From contig CM082579.2 of the NCBI GenBank assembly GCA_040954595.2, positions 14,199,834-14,263,833 on the forward strand: a DNA stretch of 64,000 nucleotides, given 5' to 3'. The notes beneath the pieces are model-generated. The model was not told the DNA's origin, did no database searches, and saw only the letters and a program-made list of their open reading frames with translations. Of the stretch, positions 22,301 through 37,174 are shown one piece after another. A program made the position numbers and the translations under genes. The first letter of the stretch is position 1; each line of letters begins with the position of its first letter. Origin of the DNA: Balanoglossus misakiensis. Lineage: Eukaryota; Animalia; Hemichordata.

Positions 22301-25300
22301 ATATGTCTCTTGTTAAAATGCACAACATACATGATTTTATTCACATGAATTCTATTGCTGTCAGGACATAACCCAAATATTTTGATAATTATGGCAATGA
22401 CCCTTGAACTACTTGGATATGTCTCTTGATAAACAGCCCAACAGTCATGATTGTGTTCACACGAGTTTTATTGCTGCCAGGACATAACCCAAATATTTTG
22501 ATAATTTTGGCAATGACCCTTGATCGACTTGGATATGTCTCTTGTTAAAAAGCACAACAGTCATGATTTTGTTTACGTGACTACTATTGCTGCCAGGACT
22601 TAACCCAAATGTTTTGATAATTTTGGCAATGACCCTTGATCTACTTAGATATGTCTCTTGATAAAAAGCACAACAGTCATGATTGTGTTCACACGAGTTT
22701 TATTGCTGCCAGGACATAACCCAAATATTTTTATAATTTTGGCCATGACCCTTGATCTACTTGGATATGTCTCTTGTTAAAAAGCACAACAGTCATGATT
22801 TTGTTTACGTGACTACTATTGCTGCCAGGACTTAACCCAAATATTTTGATAATTTTGGCAATGACCCTTGATCTACTTGGATATGTCTCTTGATAAAAAG
22901 CACAACAGTCATGATTGTGTTCACATGAGTTTTATTGCTGCCAGGACATAACCCAAATATTTTGATAATTTTGGTAATGACACTTGATCTTCTTGGATAT
23001 GTCTCTTGTTAAAAAGCACATCAGTCATGATTTTGTTAACATGAATTTTATTGCTGCCAGGACATATACCAAATATTTTGATAATTTTGGCAATGACTCT
23101 TGATCTACTTGGATATGTCTCTTGTTAAAAAGCACAACAGTCATTATTTTGTTCACATGAGTTTTATTGCTGACATGACATAACCCAAATATTTTGATAA
23201 TTTTGGCAATGACCCTTGAACTACTTGGATATGTCTCTTGTTAAAAAGCACAACAGACATTATTTTGTTTACGTGACTACTATTGCTGCCAGGACATAAC
23301 CCAAATATTTTGATAATTTTGGCAATGACCCTTGATCTACTTGGATATGTCTCTTGTTAAAAAGCACAACAGTCATGATTGTGTTCACACAAGTTTTATT
23401 GCTGCCAGGACATAACCCAAATATTTTTTATAATTTTGGCCATGACCCTTGATCTGCTTGGATATGTCTCTTGTTAAAAAGCACAACAGTCATGATTTTG
23501 TTTACGTGACTACTATTGCTGCCAGGACTTAACCCAAATATTTTGATAATCTTGGCAATGACCCTTGATCTACTTGGATATGTCTCTTGATAAAAAGCAC
23601 AACAGTCATGATTGTGTTCACACGAGTTTTATTGATGCCAGGACATAACCCAAATATTTTGATAATCTTGGCAATGACCCTTGATCTACTTGGATATGTC
23701 TCTTGTTAAAAAGCACAACAGTCATGATTTTGTTTACGTGACTACTATTGCTGCCAGGACTTAACCCAAATATTTTGATAATTTTGGCAATGACCCTTGA
23801 TCTACTTGGATATGTCTCTTGATAAAAAGCACAACAGTCATGATTGTGCTCACATGAGTTTTATTCCTGCCAGGACATATACCAAATATTTTGATAATTT
23901 TGGCAATGACTCTTGATCTACTTGGATATGTCTCTTGTTAAAAAGCACAACAGTCATTATTTTGTTCACATGAGTTTTATTGCTGCCAGGACATAACCCA
24001 AATATTTTGATAATTATGGCAATGACCCTTGATCTTCTTGGATATGTCTCTTGTTAAAGAGCACAACAGTCATGATTGTGTTCACACGAGTTTTATTGCT
24101 GTCAGGACATAACCCAAATATTTTGATAATTTTGGCAATGACCCTTGATCTACTTGGATATGTCTCTTGTTAAAAAGCACATCAGTCATGATTTTGTTAA
24201 CATGAGTTTTATTGCTGCCAGGACATACACCAAATATTTTGATAATTTTGGCAATGACTCTTGATCTACTTGGATATGTCTCTTGTTAAAAAGCACAACA
24301 GTCATTATTTTGTTCACATGAGTTTTATTGCTGCCAGGACATAACCTAAATATTTTGATAATTATGGCAATGACCCTTGAACTACTTGGATATGTCTCTT
24401 GATAAAAAGCCCAACAGTCATTATTTTGTTCACACGAGTTTTATTGCTGCCATGACATAACCCAAATATTTTGATAATTTTGGCAATGACCCTTGAACTA
24501 CTTGGATATGTCTCTTGTTAAAAAGCACAACAGTCATTATTTTGTTCACATGAGTTTTATTGCTGCCAGGACATAACACAAATATTTTGATAATTTTGGC
24601 AATGACCCTTGATCTACTTGGATATGTCTCTTGTTAAAAAGCACAACAAGTCATTATTGTGTTCACATGAGTTTTATTGCTGCCAGGACATAACCAAAAT
24701 ATTTTGATAATTTTGGCAATGACCCTTGATCTACTTGGATATGTCTCTTGTTAAAAAGCACAACAGTCATGATTTTGTTTACGTGACTACTATTGCTGGC
24801 AGGACATAACCCAAATATTTTGATAATTTTGGCAATGACCCTTGATCTACTTGGATATGTCTCTTGTTAAAAAGCACAACAGTCATGATTGTGTTCACAC
24901 GAGTTTTATTGCTGCCAGGACATAACCCAAATATTTTGATAATTTTGGCAATGACCCTTGATCTACTTGGATATGTCTCATGATAAAAAGCACAACAGTC
25001 ATGATTGTGTTCACATGAGTTTTATTGCTGCCAGGACATAACCCAAATATTTTGATAATTTTGGTAATGACCCTTGATCTTCTTGGATATGTCTCTTGTT
25101 AAAAAGCACAACAGTCATGATTGTGTTCACACGAGTTTGATTGCTGCCAGGACATAACCCAAATATTTTGATAATTTTGGCAATGACCCTTGATCTACTT
25201 GGATATGTCTCTTGTTAAAAAGCACATCAGTCATGATTTTGTTAACATGAATTTTATTGCTGCCAGGACATATACCAAATATTTTGATAATTTTGGCAAT

Positions 25301-28300
25301 GACTCTTGATCTACATGAGTTTTATTGCTGACATGCCATAACCCAAATATTTTGATAATTTTGGCAATGACCCTTGATCTACTTGGATATGTCTCTTGTT
25401 AAAAAGCACAACAGACATGATTGTGTTCACACAAGTTTTATTGCTGCCAGGACATAACCCAAATATTTTTTATAATTTTGGCCATGACCCTTGATCTACT
25501 TGGATATGTCTCTTGTTAAAAAGCACAACAGTCATGATTTTGTTTACGTGACTACTATTGCTGCCAGGACTTAACCCAAATATTTTGATAATCTTGGCAA
25601 TGACCCTTGATCTACTTGGATATGTCTCTTGATAAAAAGCACAACAGTCATGATTGTGTTCACACGAGTTTTATTGCTGCCAGGACATAACCCAAATATT
25701 TTGATAATTTTGGCCATGACCCTTGATCTACTTGGATATGTCTCTTGTTAAAAAGCACAACAGTCATGATTTTGTTTACGTGACTACTATTGCTGCCAGG
25801 ACTTAACCCAAATATTTTGATAATTTTGGCAATGACCCTTGATCTACTTGGATATGTCTCTTGATAAAAAGCACAACAGTCATGATTGTGCTCACATGCG
25901 TTTTATTGCTGCCAGGACATATACCAAATATTTTGATAATTTTGGCAATGACTCTTGATCTACTTGGATATGTCTCTTGTTAAAAAGCACAACAGTCATT
26001 ATTTTGTTCACATGAGTTTTATTGCTGCCAGGACATAACCCAAATATTTTGATAATTATGGCAATGACCCGTGATCTTCTTTGATATGTCTCTTGTTAAA
26101 GAGCACAACAGTCATGATTGTGTTCACACGAGTTTTATTGCTGTCAGGACATAACCTAAATATTTTGATAATTATGGCAATGACCCTTGAACTACTTGGA
26201 TATGTCTCTTGTTAAAAAGAACAACAGTCATTATTTTGTTCACATGAGTTTTATTGCTGCCAGGACATAACCAAAATATTTTGATAATTTTGGCAATGAC
26301 CCTTGATCTACTTGGATATGTCTCTTGTTAAAAAGCACAACAGTCATGATTTTGTTTACGTGACTACTATTGCTGCCAGGACATAACCCAAATATTTTGA
26401 TAATTTTGGCAATGACCCTTGATCTACTTGGATATGTCTCTTGTTAAAAAGCACAACAGTCATGATTGTGTTCACACGAGTTTTATTGCTGCCAGGACAT
26501 AACCCAAATATTTTGATAATTTTGGCAATGACCCTTGATCTACTTGGATATGTCTCTTGATAAAAAGCACAACAGTCATGATTGTGTTCACATGAGTTTT
26601 ATTGCTGCCAGGACATAACCCAAATATTTTGATAATTTTGGTAATGACCCTTGATCTTCTTGGATATGTCTCTTGTTAAAAAGCACAACAGTCATGATTG
26701 TGTTCACACGAGTTTTATTGCTGCCAGGACATAACCCAAATATTTTGATAATTTTGGCAATGACCCTTGATCTACTTGGATATGTCTCTTGTTAAAAAGC
26801 ACAACAGTCATTATTTTGTTCACATGAGTTTTATTGCTGCCAGGACATAACCCAAATATTTTGATAATTTTGGTAATGACCCTTGATCTTCTTGGATATG
26901 TCTCTTGTTAAAAAGCACAACAGTCATGATTGTGTTCACACGAGTTTGATTGCTGCCAGGACATAACCCAAATATTTTGATAATTTTGGCAATGACCCTT
27001 GATCTACTTGGATATGTCTCTTGTTAAAAAGCACATCAGTCATGATTTTGTTAACATGAATTTTATTGCTGCCAGGACATATACCAAATATTTTGATAAT
27101 TTTGGCAATGACTCTTGATCTACATGAGTTTTATTGCTGACATGCCATAACCCAAATATTTTGATAATTTTGGCAATGACCCTTGATCTACTTGGATATG
27201 TCTCTTGTTAAAAAGCACAACAGACATGATTGTGTTCACACAAGTTTTATTGCTGCCAGGACATAACCCAAATATTTTTTATAATTTTGGCCATGACCCT
27301 TGATCTACTTGGATATGTCTCTTGTTAAAAAGCACAACAGTCATGATTTTGTTTACGTGACTACTATTGCTGCCAGGACTTAACCCAAATATTTTGATAA
27401 TCTTGGCAATGACCCTTGATCTACTTGGATATGTCTCTTGATAAAAAGCACAACAGTCATGATTGTGTTCACACGAGTTTTATTGCTGCCAGGACATAAC
27501 CCAAATATTTTGATAATTTTGGCCATGACCCTTGATCTACTTGGATATGTCTCTTGTTAAAAAGCACAACAGTCATGATTTTGTTTACGTGACTACTATT
27601 GCTGCCAGGACTTAACCCAAATATTTTGATAATTTTGGCAATGACCCTTGATCTACTTGGATATGTCTCTTGATAAAAAGCACAACAGTCATGATTGTGC
27701 TCACATGCGTTTTATTGCTGCCAGGACATATACCAAATATTTTGATAATTTTGGCAATGACTCTTGATCTACTTGGATATGTCTCTTGTTAAAAAGCACA
27801 ACAGTCATTATTTTGTTCACATGAGTTTTATTGCTGCCAGGACATAACCCAAATATTTTGATAATTATGGCAATGACCCGTGATCTTCTTTGATATGTCT
27901 CTTGTTAAAGAGCACAACAGTCATGATTGTGTTCACACGAGTTTTATTGCTGTCAGGACATAACCTAAATATTTTGATAATTATGGCAATGACCCTTGAA
28001 CTACTTGGATATGTCTCTTGTTAAAAAGAACAACAGTCATTATTTTGTTCACATGAGTTTTATTGCTGCCAGGACATAACCAAAATATTTTGATAATTTT
28101 GGCAATGACCCTTGATCTACTTGGATATGTCTCTTGTTAAAAAGCACAACAGTCATGATTTTGTTTACGTGACTACTATTGCTGCCAGGACATAACCCAA
28201 ATATTTTGATAATTTTGGCAATGACCCTTGATCTACTTGGATATGTCTCTTGTTAAAAAGCACAACAGTCATGATTGTGTTCACACGAGTTTTATTGCTG

Positions 28301-31300
28301 CCAGGACATAACCCAAATATTTTGATAATTTTGGCAATGACCCTTGATCTACTTGGATATGTCTCTTGATAAAAAGCACAACAGTCATGATTGTGTTCAC
28401 ATGAGTTTTATTGCTGCCAGGACATAACCCAAATATTTTGATAATTTTGGTAATGACCCTTGATCTTCTTGGATATGTCTCTTGTTAAAAAGCACAACAG
28501 TCATGATTGTGTTCACACGAGTTTTATTGCTGCCAGGACATAACCCAAATATTTTGATAATTTTGGCAATGACCCTTGATCTACTTGGATATGTCTCTTG
28601 TTAAAAAGCACATCAGTCATGATTTTGTTAACATGAATTTTATTGCTGCCAGGACATATACCAAATATTTTGATAATTTTGGCAATGACTCTTGATCTAC
28701 ATGAGTTTTATTGCTGACATGCCATAACCAAAATATTTTGATAATTTTGGCAATGACCCTTGATCTACTTGGATATGTCTCTTGTTAAAAAGCACAACAG
28801 TCATGATTTTGTTTACGTGACTACTATTGCTGCCAGGACATAACCCAAATATTTTGATAATTTTGGCAATGACCCTTGATCTACTTGGATATGTCTCTTG
28901 TTAAAAAGCACAACAGTCATGATTGTGTTCACACGAGTTTTATTGCTGCCAGGACATAACCCAAATATTTTGATAATTTTGGCAATGACCCTTGATCTAC
29001 TTGGATATGTCTCTTGATAAAAAGCACAACAGTCATGATTGTGTTCACATGAGTTTTATTGCTGCCAGGACATAACCCAAATATTTTGATAATTTTGGTA
29101 ATGACCCTTGATCTTCTTGGATATGTCTCTTGTTAAAAAGCACAACAGTCATGATTGTGTTCACACGAGTTTTATTGCTGCCAGGACATAACCCAAATAT
29201 TTTGATAATTTTGGCAATGACCCTTGATCTACTTGGATATGTCTCTTGTTAAAAAGCACATCAGTCATGATTTTGTTAACATGAATTTTATTGCTGCCAG
29301 GACATATACCAAATATTTTGATAATTTTGGCAATGACTCTTGATCTACATGAGTTTTATTGCTGACATGACATAACCCAAATATTTTGATAATTTTGGAA
29401 ATGACCCTTGATCTACTTGGATATGTCTCTTGTTAAAAAGCACAACAGTCATGATTGTGTTCACACAAGTTTTATTGCTGCCAGGACATAACCCAAATAT
29501 TTTTTATAATTTTGGCCATGACCCTTGATCTACTTGGATATGTCTCTTGTTAAAAAGCACAACAGTCATGATTTTGTTTACGTGACTACTATTGCTGCCA
29601 GGACTTAACCCAAATATTTTGATAATCTTGGCAATGACCCTTGATCTACTTGGATATGTCTCTTGATAAAAAGCACAACAGTTATGATTGTGTTCACATG
29701 AGTTTTATTGCTGCCAGGACATAACCCAAATATTTTGATAATGTTGGTAATGACCCTTGATCTTCTTGGATATGTCTCTTGTTAAAAAGCACAACAGTCA
29801 TGATTGTGTTCACACGACTTTTATTGCTGCCAGGACATAACACAAATATTTTGATAATTTTGGCAATGACCCTTGATCTACTTGGATATGTCTCTTGTTA
29901 AAAAGCACATCAGTCATGATTTTGTTAACATGAATTTTATTGCTGCCAGGACATATACCAAATATTTTGATAATTTTGGCAATGACTCTTGATCTACATG
30001 AGTTTTATTGCTGACATGACATAACCCAAATATTTTGATAATTTTGGAAATGACCCTTGATCTACTTGGATATGTCTCTTGTTAAAAAGCACAACAGTCA
30101 TGATTGTGTTCACACAAGTTTTATTGCTGCCAGGACATAACCCAAATATTTTTTTATAATTTTGGCCATGACCCTTGATCTACTTGGATATGTCTCTTGT
30201 TAAAAAGCACAACAGTCATGATTTTGTTTACGTGACTACTATTGCTGCCAGGACTTAACCCAAATATTTTGATAATCTTGGCAATGACCCTTGATCTACT
30301 TGGATATGTCTCTTGATAAAAAGCACAACAGTCATGATTGTGTTCACACGAGTTTTATTGCTGCCAGGACATAACCCAAATATTTAGATAATTTTGGCCA
30401 TGACCCTTGATCTACTTGGATATGTCTCTTGTTAAAAAGCACAACAGTCATGATTTTGTTTACGTGACTACTATTGCTGCCAGGACTTAACCCAAATATT
30501 TTGATAATTTTGGCAATGACCCTTGATCTACTTGGATATGTCTCTTGTTAAAAAGCACAACAGTCATTATTTTGTTCACATGAGTTTTATTGCTGCCAGG
30601 ACATAACCCAAATATTTTGATAATTTTGGCAATGACCCTTGATCTTCTTTGATATGTCTCTTGTTAAAGAGCACAACAGTCATGATTGTGTTCACACGAA
30701 TTTTATTGCTGTCAGGACATAACCCAAATATTTTGATAATTTTGGCAATGACCCTTGATCTACTTGGATATGTCTCTTGTTAAAAAGCACATCAGTCATG
30801 ATTTTGTTAACATGAGTTTTATTGCTGCCAGGACATACACCAAATATTTTGATAATTTTGGCAATGACTCTTGATCTACTTGGATATGTCTCTTGTTAAA
30901 AAGCACAACAGTCATTATTTTGTTCACATGAGTTTTATTGCTGCCAGGACATAACCTAAATATTTTGATAATTATGGCAATGACCCTTGAACTACTTGGA
31001 TATGTCTCTTGATAAAAAGCCCAACAGTCATTATTTTGTTCACATGAGTTTTATTGCTGCCATGACATAACCCAAATATTTTGATAATTTTGGCAATGAC
31101 CCTTGAACTACTTGGATATGTCACTTGTTAAAAAGCACAACAGTCATTATTTTGTTCACATGAGTTTTATTGCTGCCAGGACATAACACAAATATTTTGA
31201 TAATTTTGGCAATGACCCTTGATCTACTTGGATATGTCTCTTGTTAAAAAGCACAACAGTCATTATTGTGTTCACATGAGTTTTATTGCTGCCAGGACAT

Positions 31301-31805
31301 AACCAAAATATTTTGATAATTTTGGCAATGACCCTTGATCTACTTGGAGATGTCTCTTTTTAAAAAGCACAACAGTCATGATTTTGTTTACGTGACTACT
31401 ATTGCTGCCAGGACATAACCGAAATATTTTGATAATTTTGGCAATGACCCTTGATCTACTTGGAGATGTCTCTTTTTAAAAAGCACAACAGTCATGATTT
31501 TGTTTACGTGACTACTATTGCTGCCAGGACATAACCGAAATATTTTGATAATTTTGGCAATGACCCTTGATCTACTTGGATATGTCTCTTGTTAAAAGCA
31601 CAACAGTCGTGATTTGTTCACACAAGTACTACTGCTGCCAGGGCATAACCCAAATATTTTGATAATTTTTGCAATGACCCTTGATCTACTTGGGTATGTC
31701 TCTTGTCAAAAAGCACAGCAGTCATGATTTTGTTCACATGAGTTTTATTGCTGCCAGGACATAACCCAAATATTTTGATAATTTTGGCAATGACCCTTGA
31801 TCTAC
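19395..31805. repeat. 116-bp satellite array, ~109 monomers, with higher-order repeats
   Basis: The monomer acttggatatgtctcttgttaaaaagcacaacagtc...gctgccaggacataacccaaatattttgataattttggcaatgacccttgatct starts at 19395, 19511, 19627, 19743 and onward. Confidence 0.97.
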
Positions 31806-32815
31806 ATTTCCAAAACTTGGTATGCACAGCAGATACAGCTTTTAAATTTAGAGGACCGGAACACCTAATGAAATACATGTATTAACCTTAACACAATAAT
31901 TATGTATATAAGCTATTTAAAGTTAACCAATAAAGCGTAGAAGTCTGCTTGTTGTTGGACACTTATCAGTTTGGTATCAAATTTTGTTGGCACATTTTGC
32001 ATCACCTCTGGCGTACTTTACCATTTCTAGGCATCCACAACAGATACAGCCTTCACTTTCTGTTGGAACCATGCTAACCACTTTGGCCACTCCAATGCTG
32101 CTTGTAGCTCTAATTGTCTTCTTAATGGCAGCCATATTGGATTTTCTAATAACTTTTAAAAGTTGACATTTTCATAAACTACAGGGCCAATCAAATTGTA
32201 GTTTACTGTAGGGTTGAAAGTTTGACAAAAATATCATTAGTGGTCATGTGACTTTGGGTGCCTTATTACATTTTTTAAAAATCTCATTAAAAAATTACAA
32301 AAAATCTTTTTCTAATCAAGTTTTCAAGTGAATTGTGATTAATGTAACCTTATCAGAGCTAAATTGGATTTTCTGAACCCCGATTAAAAACTAAAATTCC
32401 CTATTTCTAGCCTACTCATTGAAAGCACACAATTTCCTTATATGGATACGAGTCACCATATGATTAGAATACGTTACATATTTTGGCAACTTTCACATGT
32501 TCTTTGATCCATACTGTGCAGTTAAAAGTTTGACAATAATATCGTTAGCAGCCATGTGACTTTGAATGCCTTATTGGAATTTTGAAAAAACTCATAAAAA
32601 ATTCAAACAGACGTTTTCTAATCAAGTTTTCAAGTGAAATGTGATTGGTGTCACCTTATTGGAGCCAAATTGGATTTCTCTGAACACTGATTAAAAACTA
32701 AGATTTCCTATTTCTAGCCTACTCATTGAAAACAAACAAATTAATTTTTGCCAGCAATTTGTTGGCAACTCTCGCATGTCCTTTGACCCAGTAATTCCAG
32801 AACTTAATTTTATGT

Positions 32816-33275
32816 GGATATGGCTCTTGTTAAAAAGCATAACAGTCTTGATTGTGGTCACATGAGTTTTATTGCTGCCAGGACATAACCCAAATATTTT
32901 GATAATTTTGGCAATGACCCTTGATCTACTTGGATATGTCTCTTGTTAAAAAGCACATCAGTCATGATTTTGTTAACATGAGTTTTATTGCTGCCAGGAC
33001 ATACACCAAATATTTTGATAATTTTGGCAATGACCCTTGATCTACTTGGATATGTCTCTTGTTAAAAGCACAACAGTCATGATTTGTTCACACAAGTACT
33101 ACTGCTGCCAGGGCATAACCCAAATATTTTGATAATTTTGGCAATGACCCTTGATCTACTTGGGTATGTCTCTTTTTAAAAAGCACAACAGTCATGATTT
33201 TGTTCACATGAGTTTTATTGCTGCCAGGACATAACCCAAATATTTTGATAATTTTGGCAATGACCCTTGATCTAC
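32816..33275. repeat. Short array (4 copies) of the same 116-bp monomer inside the next HINE unit
   Basis: Four monomers are followed by the same downstream sequence (ctacatttccaaaacttggtatgcacagc) that follows the big array. Confidence 0.9.
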
Positions 33276-34224
33276 ATTTCCAAAACTTGGTATGCACAGC
33301 ATATACAGCTGTTAAATTTAGAGGACCGGAACACCTAATGAAGTACATGTATTAACCTTAACACAATAATTATGTATATAAGCTATTTAAAGTTAACCAA
33401 TAAAGCGTAGAAGTCTGCTTTTTGTTGGACACTGATCAGTTTGGTATCAAATTTTGTTGGCACATTTTGCATCACCTCTAGCTTACTTTACCATTTCTAG
33501 GCATCCACAACAGATACAGCCTTTGCGTTCTGTTGGAACCATGCTAACCGCTTTGGCCACTCCAATGCTACTTTTAGTTTTAATTGTCTTCTTCATGGCG
33601 GCCATATTGGCTTTTCTAATAGGCTTAAAAGTTTGAAATTTTCATAATCTACAGGGCCAATCAAGTTCTAATTTACTGTGCGATTGAAAGTTTGACAAAA
33701 ATATCATTAGTGGTCATGTGACTTTTGTTGCCTTATGGATTTTTTAAAAATCTCATTAAAAAACTTCAAAAATCTTTTTCTAATCTAGTTTTCAAGTGAA
33801 TTGTGATTGGCTAAACCTTATTGGAGTCAAATTGGATTTTCTGAACAACGATTTAAAACTAAGATTTCCTATTTCTGGCCTACTCATTAATTATTCGTGG
33901 ATATGCCTCTTGTTGAAAAGCACAATGGTGATGATTTTTTTCACACGAATAGTACTGCTGCCAGGACATAACCCAAATTTTTTGATAACATTGGCATTGA
34001 ACTTTGAAGTTTGGCACCTGTATTCTTTTCTGAATATCTTATGGCGCCTAGACTAATAGCACTAGAGGTTTGGTTTTTGATGTATATGGACAAGTATGGG
34101 ACTTAGCTTTTTTTAGGGGCACAAGCCTATCGGGCTTGTGCCCCTATTGGTATTGTTGGAATTTTTCTTATTAGGGCCCAAGCGCATAGCAGCGCTTGGG
34201 CCCTATTGGTTTCGTTGGGGTTTT

Positions 34225-35687
34225 TAGGGCCCAAGCGCGCACAAGCGCTTGGGCCCTATTGGTTTCGTTGGAATTTTTCTTTCTTTATTCTTGTGTCATT
34301 TCTTCGGCCAACTAAATCTCTGAAACTACTGCAGGTACACTGCTCAAACTTGCTACAGTGGTCAAGGTCAATGAGTAGATGTGCAGTGACTTGTGAATAC
34401 TTAATTAGTCACGTGACCTGGTGGCCATATTGGATTTTCTGAAAAAATGTAAATGGCTTCTTCTCAAAAACTACAAGGCAAATCAAGTTCAAATTTGGTA
34501 CATAGTACACATGGCCTCTGCCCTACAAAGTTTGATAATAAAATCTCGAGCGGTCACGTGACTTTGGCCGCCATATTGGATTTCCAAAAAATCTAACTAA
34601 AACTTCAAAAATCTTCTTCTCAAGAACCGGCGATAACCGAGTCACGGGATTTGGGGTATGTGGTCACCTAACTGATGTTTATCAAGTTTGATAAGAAGCA
34701 TTGTGATTGGTCGAAGATTATGGCGGCCATATTGGATTTTCGAAAAACCATAGTAAAACTGCAAAAATCTTTTTCTCCAGAACGGGCAATAACTGAGTCG
34801 CAAGATTCGGGGAGTATGGTCACTACACTGATGTCTATCCAGTTTGCAAAGAGCATTGTGATTGGTCGAAGATTATGGCGGCCATATTGGATTTTGTAAA
34901 AAGCAGTGAAAAATTGAAATTCCTTTTCCTAGTCTAAAAATTGATAGCATAGAAATTCTTTTTATGGATATCAATCGTCATGTGACTAAAATATGTTACA
35001 AATTTTTGTCGATTTTTCACATGACCTTTGACCTACTTTTCACACATTATTATTTCTGCATATCTATTTCCAGGCTAACCTATAGGGCTAGACATTTGGT
35101 TTTTGATGCATGTGGATTTGTGTGTGATCAAAATATTTTGCTACTTTTCATGACCCCTCTGACCTCTGCTGACCTCATTATTTATGTGCATAGCTAATTA
35201 CAGGCGAACCAATAGAGCTAGAGGTTTGGTTTTTGTTGGACATGGACCAATATGGGGTCAAAATTTGTTGCCCAAATTTTGGGTGACCTTTGACCTACTT
35301 TCGCATATCTCAGCATCCAGAGCAGATACAGCCATGGCATTTTGCAGGATGGGACCAAAATGTAAAGCCACATTTTTGGGTCACCTGTGACACCTGCTGA
35401 CCTCATTAAACATGCACATACCTAATTACAGGCGAACCAATAGAGCTAGAGTTTTGGTTTTTGTTGGACATGGACCAGTATGGGTCAAGAAATTTTGCCC
35501 AAATGTTGGGTGACCTCAGGTGACCTTTGACCTACTTCACCCTATTTCAGCAGCAAAAATACACACGTCCTTGTTATGTCATGAGATAATACACCAGATA
35601 GAAAATTCTGTTTCTTCTCATTCATACTGTGCATATATAATTCGAGATCAGCGCTTGGGCCCGACAATGCTGCTTGCAGCTTTAATT
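34225..35687 (+). mobile_element. HINE element C (nested), preceded by an extra orphan head B at 34172-34224
   Basis: 5' hairpin TAGGGCCCAAGCGC/GCGCTTGGGCCCTA (34225-34258). 3' end GCGCTTGGGCCC..GCTGCTTGCAGCTTTAATT (35651-35687). Internal sub-repeats carry tggcggccatattggatttt. Confidence 0.82.
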
Positions 35688-35690
35688 CTT

Positions 35691-37174
35691 TAGGGCCCAA
35701 GCGCAAGCCAGCGCTTGGGCCCTATTGGTTTCGTTGGGGTTTTTCTTTCTTCTTTCTTTCTTTATTCTTGTGTCAATTCTTTGTCGCTCTAGATCTCAGA
35801 CACCACTGCAGGTACACTTCTGAAACTTGCTACAGTGGTCAAGGTCAATGAGTAGTCGTGCATTGAACTCTTGAATTTTTAATTAGTCACGTGACATGGC
35901 GGCCATATTGGATTTTCTGAAAAAATGCAAATCTCAGATCTCAGAAACTACAAGTCAGATTTACTTCAGATTTGGTGTGCTGGTAGTGTACCTTCTGCCC
36001 ATCATTTTTGTAATTGGATATTTTGCTGTCAATGTTGCAGTTTTTTTGCTACAGTTGTTTTTCTGAAATCTGGCTTAAATTTCAAAAATCTTCTTCTCCA
36101 GAACCGGCGATAACCGAGTCACCCGGTTTGGGGTATGTGGTCACCAAGCTGAGGTCTATCAAGTTTGCGAAGATCATTGTGATTGGTCGGAGATTATGGC
36201 GGCCATATTGGATTTTAAAAAAACCCTAGTAAAATTTCAAAAATCTTCTTCTCAAGAACCGGCGATAACTGAGTCACAAGATTTGGTGTGTTTGGTCATT
36301 AAACAGATGTCTATCAAGTTTGCGAAGAGGAATGTGATTGGTCGAAGATTATGGCGGCCATACTGGATTTTGTGAAAAACGATTAAAAAGTAAAAATTCC
36401 CTTTCTAGCCTAAAAATTGATAGCACAAAAATTCTTTTTACGGATATGAATCATCATATGCCAAGAATAAGCTATAAATATTTTGGTAATTTTGGCAATG
36501 ACCTTTGACCTACTTTTGACACATCGTTTTTTCTGCATATCTAATTCCAGGCTAACCTATAGGGCTATCATTTTGGTTTTTGATGTATGTGGATTTGTAT
36601 GTGATCAAAAAATTTCGCTACTTTTCATGACCCCTTTGACCTCTGCTGACCTCATTAAATATGCACATACCTAATTACAGATGAACCAATAGACCTAGAG
36701 GTTTGGTTTTTGTTGGACATGGACCAGTATTGGGTCAAAATTTGTTGCCCAAATGTTGGGTGACCTCGGGTGACCTTTGACCTACTTTTGCATATCTCGA
36801 CATCCACAGCAGATACAGCCTTGGCGTTTGGAGGTATGGGGCCATAATGAAAAGCCAAAGTTTTGGGTCATCTGTGACACCTGCTTAACTCATTATTTAT
36901 GTGCATACCTAATTCCAGGCTAACCAAAAGGGCTAGAGTTTTGGTTTTTGTTGGACATGGACCAGTATGGGTCAAAAAAATTTGCCCAAATGTTGGGTGA
37001 CCTCAAGTGACCTTTGACATACTTCACCCTATTTCAGCAGCAAAAATACACACGTCCTTGTTATGTCATGAGATAATACACCCGATAGAAAATTCTGTTT
37101 CTTCTCATTCATACTGTGCATATATCATTCAAGATCAGCGCTTGGGCCCGACAATGCTGCTCGCAGCTTTAATT
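35691..37174 (+). mobile_element. HINE element D (nested, tandem to C)
   Basis: Same 5' hairpin at 35691-35724. 3' end GCGCTTGGGCCC..GCTGCTCGCAGCTTTAATT at 37138-37174. Colinear with C but diverged. Confidence 0.82.

Noticed and set aside
19395-31805. 116-bp array as a CRISPR array or 5S rDNA cluster
   Set aside because: There are no unique spacers and no cas genes. The monomer is AT-rich and lacks 5S sequence and Pol III boxes.
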